Assembly: GCF_035594765.1 (NCBI RefSeq)
Contig: NC_085841.1
Coordinates: 342,683,402 to 342,747,401, forward strand
Source of the DNA: Anolis carolinensis
Lineage: Eukaryota
DNA length: 64,000 nt
Direction of reading: 5' to 3'
Under the pieces are notes generated by a model. The model saw nothing but the letters and a program-made list of their open reading frames with translations, had not been told where the DNA came from and searched no databases. The stretch's first letter is position 1; each line of letters begins with the position of its first letter. Of this stretch, positions 63,414-64,000 are shown piece by piece. The position numbers and the translations under genes are program-made.

Positions 63414-63561
63414 CTTGGAAACCTTCAGTTCAGGCTTTCCAGTAATTCCAGATAGATCTGCTTCATCTGTAAATATCTCAGTAATACCCATTCTTCTCAA
63501 CAATCCCCTGAGAACATATTTGGTATGTATGGTAAACCTTGGAAGATGAAGATTTATTCTC
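63414..63561 (-). CDS. Serpin gene 5 (5' part outside window), penultimate coding exon
   Basis: [49 protein letters not shown]; caacag acceptor and gtatgc donor; 148 bp. Confidence 0.92.
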
Positions 63562-64000
63562 CTGTTGAAATTAGAATTGGACACTGATGAGACAGTTTTA
63601 AAGAACGTTACATTTTGCATTCAGCAGCCTCCTTCTTTCTTATATAGGAGAAATGAATTGATATCATTTTCAGTGCATGCACCAAAAACACTTCCAGTTG
63701 GAAAAGATGAAGAAAATGTGAAGAGAAACCTTGATTGTCCTATGGAACTTTTGGTTCAGGAATTTGGTTATACATTTTGGTTTCTTTTTCCATATCCATG
63801 GTGAAATCGAACTATCTCTGCAAGAATGGAATTATGTGAGATCTCACAACAGAGGGAAATAAGGAAATATTTTAATAAAATAAATAAATCAATACAACAG
63901 ACTCTTGTATTTTAGGGAGGACATTTAATGGACAGTAACGTGGCACAACCATATTTCTATAAATCAATTTCTACCACCTCAGCATACGAGCAAAATTGCC

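Noticed and set aside
1-64000. Prokaryotic-type systems (CRISPR arrays, operons) and tRNA or rRNA genes
   Set aside because: The sequence is intron-containing vertebrate DNA with no regularly spaced repeat-spacer array. The only tRNA-like boxes are SINE heads.

Overview
Eukaryotic (vertebrate) genomic DNA from a squamate reptile. A Sauria SINE and the CR1/L2/RTE/Penelope/MITE repeat set point to an Anolis-type lizard (inference). The window holds a head-to-tail array of five clade-A (alpha-1-antitrypsin family) serpin genes, all on the minus strand. Four are complete, with 4 coding exons each, canonical GT-AG junctions, intron phases 1/2/0 and a 148-bp third coding exon. The fifth is cut by the right edge, leaving its last two exons. 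Predicted proteins are 403, 428, 427 and 430 aa. The scaffolds are conserved but every reactive-centre loop (RCL) differs. P2-P1|P1'-P2' are PM|SL (classic SERPINA1), RM|SF, AR|CC, FR|SA and PN|AR. Genes 1-4 have His-rich N-termini. Genes 2-4 share an alignable liver-type promoter module (C/EBP, FOXA, HNF1, TATA, short non-coding exon 1), and gene 1 has a variant of it. The rest is mostly transposon-derived: a decayed Gypsy pol, a solo LTR, RTE, L1, L2, CR1, Rex-Babar, Penelope-like elements (one keeps a minimal hammerhead-ribozyme core), SINEs, and hAT and Harbinger MITEs. Repeat family names and human residue numbers come from recalled consensus sequences, not from a database search.
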